31,233 bases of DNA. Origin: an uncultured Nitrososphaeraceae archaeon (GTDB taxonomy: Archaea; Thermoproteota; Nitrososphaeria; Nitrososphaerales; Nitrososphaeraceae). This document shows positions 29,016 through 31,233 of the stretch, piece after piece. The stretch spans positions 1 to 31,233 of the forward strand of contig CAVXZB010000076.1 in assembly GCA_963765895.1 (NCBI GenBank), in the 5' to 3' direction. The translations under genes and the position numbers were made by a program. Below the pieces are notes generated by a model. It was not told where the DNA came from and did no database searches. It was given only the letters and a program-made list of their open reading frames with translations. Every line of letters begins with the position of its first letter. Within the stretch, counting starts at the first letter, position 1.

Positions 29016-30216
29016 TCATAATTTCTTGTTTATTAACGACTCTGGCTTAACATGAGCCAGTTTAGGATTATGTTGTATCATTGTCAAAATCTGACTCATT
29101 TGATCGCGCATTGCCTGGATCTCTTCATTATGTTTGCCTTCCATAATTTCAATTTCATTCTTCTTTTTGGTTAGTTCATCAACTTTTTTATGCAAACGGC
29201 ACTCTTCGTTTATAGTTAGATCGTTAATTGCGGCCACATAACCCAGGGCTTTATCATTTCCCTCTAATAGTTCAGAGTCGGTCGGCTTGAAATAGGACTT
29301 GGTTAGGCCTGTTGCGGTGACCCATTAGGTATTCGCTGTACAGTGGATTCATTCCCGCATTGATACAGGTTGTTTTAAAGTATTTTCTAAATGCGTGAGT
29401 TTGCATTAGTTCAGTACGCTTATAGCCTTCAGCTCGCGCTCTAACACCAGTGCTATCTAATAATGTATAAACCATTCTAGTTATTACATAGTCTGATACC
29501 GCTATTGGTCGATTTATCTGTATAATGGTATCAAATGTTATTCTGAATAACGGTGAATCTAGTTTTAGTTGTTCGCCTAATCTTTTACGCCATTCTAGAT
29601 ATTGGTCGATATATTTAGCGCACTCTGGTGTACAAAATGTTACATACTGCTCTTGCTCTTTTCTATATACGTTTATGCGGTATAGTCAGTACTTGTCTAT
29701 CTTTGTGATATCTCTTATCCTTAGATACTTGAATGCCCCCCTTCGTAGGCCAGCAGAAGCCATTAACAGAATAATGCATTTGTCTCGTAGAGACGCAGCG
29801 TCTATCAGTGTTTTTATTTGTTCTCTACTATAGGGCTTATCCTCAACGACACTGTAGTGTTTTGCTTTGAATTTCTTTAGTTTCTTCCATCTTATTTCCA
29901 AGTCATTCATATTGTAGAAATGAGCAATCGGAGCGATGTAACCGGAGACAGTAGCCGGAGATAGCCTACGCTCTTGTCTTAAGTATACGATATAATCGCG
30001 TATCAAGCCCTCCAATACATGAGCCTGTAACGAAGCCATTTCTTCGTAATCTGTTATTTTGCAAAAAGCCATAAAATATGAAAAGTTTATTCTGTAGATT
30101 TTGCGAGTCATATCGCTACTTATCGAGTCTATGAAATTATGGTAGGCTTCGCTATCATTATTGCTTATCTGTTGTTGCTGTTGGAGTTGTTCTATTGGTG
30201 GTCTTTCTTTAATCAT
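29016..30216 (-). pseudogene. Tyrosine recombinase/integrase with an in-frame TGA (29686-29688) and a +1 frameshift (29312-29313)
   Basis: Catalytic motifs ASAGLRR, HAFR, LMGH and TKSY (after frameshift repair); reading through the TGA is in frame (KY*LYRINVY...TFCTPEC); C-terminal coiled-coil tail. Confidence 0.9.
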
Positions 30217-30279
30217 AGCTAGAGCTAAAATTCATATAGAAGAGCCGATAATTAAACATACTATACGCTACGTAAAATA

Positions 30280-31227
30280 GGCTGTGTAGAAACCATCTCA
30301 TACAGTCAAAGCTTTGTAAGAGTATAATACCAATAGTCTATTGAAAGAATCAATGTACGTCAGACTTGCAGGTACTATGTTCCGTGTTTTGAAGCATGCA
30401 AGGATTCCTCTATTTTCTAACAGGAAAAGTAATCACATATTTACAATATGGCAGCACATAGTTCTAGTTGCTATACGACAGTATGAAGGTAAGAGTTATA
30501 GAATGTTTGTCGAGTGGTTAATTGAAGCCTATTACCTAAGGTCATTTCTACGGTTGTCACGTATTCCTCATTTTACAACATTGCAAAAGTTTACAGATAG
30601 AATCAATAATTCATTGCTTGAAAAGATAATTTCGTCATTCATTGTAATTAGTGGTACCAAGCATATCTTTGCAGGAATAGATTCAACAGGATTTAAGATA
30701 ACTCATGCATCACAATATTATACTGATCGAACAGAATTGAGAAGAAAATATGCGAAATTATCTATTGGAGTAGATGTATTACAACAAATCATATGTACAA
30801 TTAAGATAAGACGAGCTCCAACAAGGCATGATAATGTAGATTTCAGGCCAATTATAACAAGGACATCAAATATTCTTCCATTATCCGTAGTTACAGCTGA
30901 TAAGGGTTACGATAGTGAAGATAATCACCTTCTCGTAAGAGAGGACTTACATGCATTCAGTATTATTCCTGCTCGATATGAACATGTACCGATGTGGAGA
31001 ACACATGGTAAGTACAGAAAGCAGATGAAGCGTGGTTACTCCAAATTGCTGTACAATCAACGAAACAAAGATGAAACCATAATATCAGTTATAAAACGAC
31101 TATTTGGAGAGCATCTTATGTCTAGATTGACTAGAATGCAGAACAGAGAGTTATCATTTAGATGTATCACCTACAATATGCATAGACTGACTAATCTTGT
31201 AATATTGATGATGTTTTCTACATAGCC
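30280..31227 (+). mobile_element. IS5-family insertion sequence (948 bp)
   Basis: 18-bp TIRs GGCTGTGTAGAAACCATC and GGCTATGTAGAAAACATC (16/18); left flank GTAAAATA, right flank GTAAAA up to the window end. Confidence 0.9.
30341..31225 (+). CDS. IS5-family DDE transposase (DDE_Tnp_1-like)
   Basis: PHFTTL, IDSTGF, ADKGYDS and YNQRNKDET motifs; the stop codon lies in the right TIR. Confidence 0.92.
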   Translation: MKESMYVRLAGTMFRVLKHARIPLFSNRKSNHIFTIWQHIVLVAIRQYEGKSYRMFVEWLIEAYYLRSFLRLSRIPHFTTLQKFTDRINNSLLEKIISSFIVISGTKHIFAGIDSTGFKITHASQYYTDRTELRRKYAKLSIGVDVLQQIICTIKIRRAPTRHDNVDFRPIITRTSNILPLSVVTADKGYDSEDNHLLVREDLHAFSIIPARYEHVPMWRTHGKYRKQMKRGYSKLLYNQRNKDETIISVIKRLFGEHLMSRLTRMQNRELSFRCITYNMHRLTNLVILMMFST

Positions 31228-31233
31228 GTAAAA

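Larger units (their letters stand above)
23750..30216. mobile_element. Core of a decaying integrative element (boundaries and att sites not found)
   Basis: Integrase, wHTH gene and a divergent RHH-led, tightly coupled operon. Confidence 0.65.

Noticed and set aside
29686-29688. In-frame TGA codons here and at 24207 as selenocysteine or recoding
   Set aside because: Other genes use TGA as a normal stop and both genes show further disruption; nonsense mutation is the simpler explanation.
27391-29833. ORFs 27391-27768, 27615-27851, 27947-28360, 28294-28485 and 29525-29833
   Set aside because: Antisense shadows of better-supported element genes.

Overview
AT-rich accessory region whose protein families suggest an archaeon, most likely a soil Nitrososphaerales/Thaumarchaeota (inferred, not shown directly). 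Left to right it contains: (1) membrane and secreted low-complexity genes; (2) a redox cluster at 2.6-8.0 kb (HxlR regulator, LLM flavin monooxygenase, a UBP-type zinc-finger gene missed by the ORF track, CxxT DsbA-like protein, MDR oxidoreductase, cNMP-binding TrxB-like reductase without CxxC); (3) Cys-rich micro-ORFs, an alpha/beta hydrolase and duplicated cassettes of small secreted proteins at 8.5-13.6 kb; (4) a decayed gene with GGGAA repeats; (5) a tandem-domain protein plus two large Asp-box/BNR beta-propeller proteins that share a C-terminal domain and lack signal peptides, at 14.8-22.6 kb; (6) an internally deleted IS481-like element with TIRs and a 6-bp TSD; (7) the core of a decaying integrative element at 23.7-30.2 kb (tyrosine integrase, wHTH protein, and a tightly coupled RHH/Zn-finger/.../putative Rep/SWIM operon whose putative Rep gene is split around a TPR gene); (8) an intact IS5-family element. 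At least eight reading-frame breaks are all single-base insertions, so many apparent pseudogenes are probably sequencing or assembly errors. No rRNA, tRNA or CRISPR array was found.
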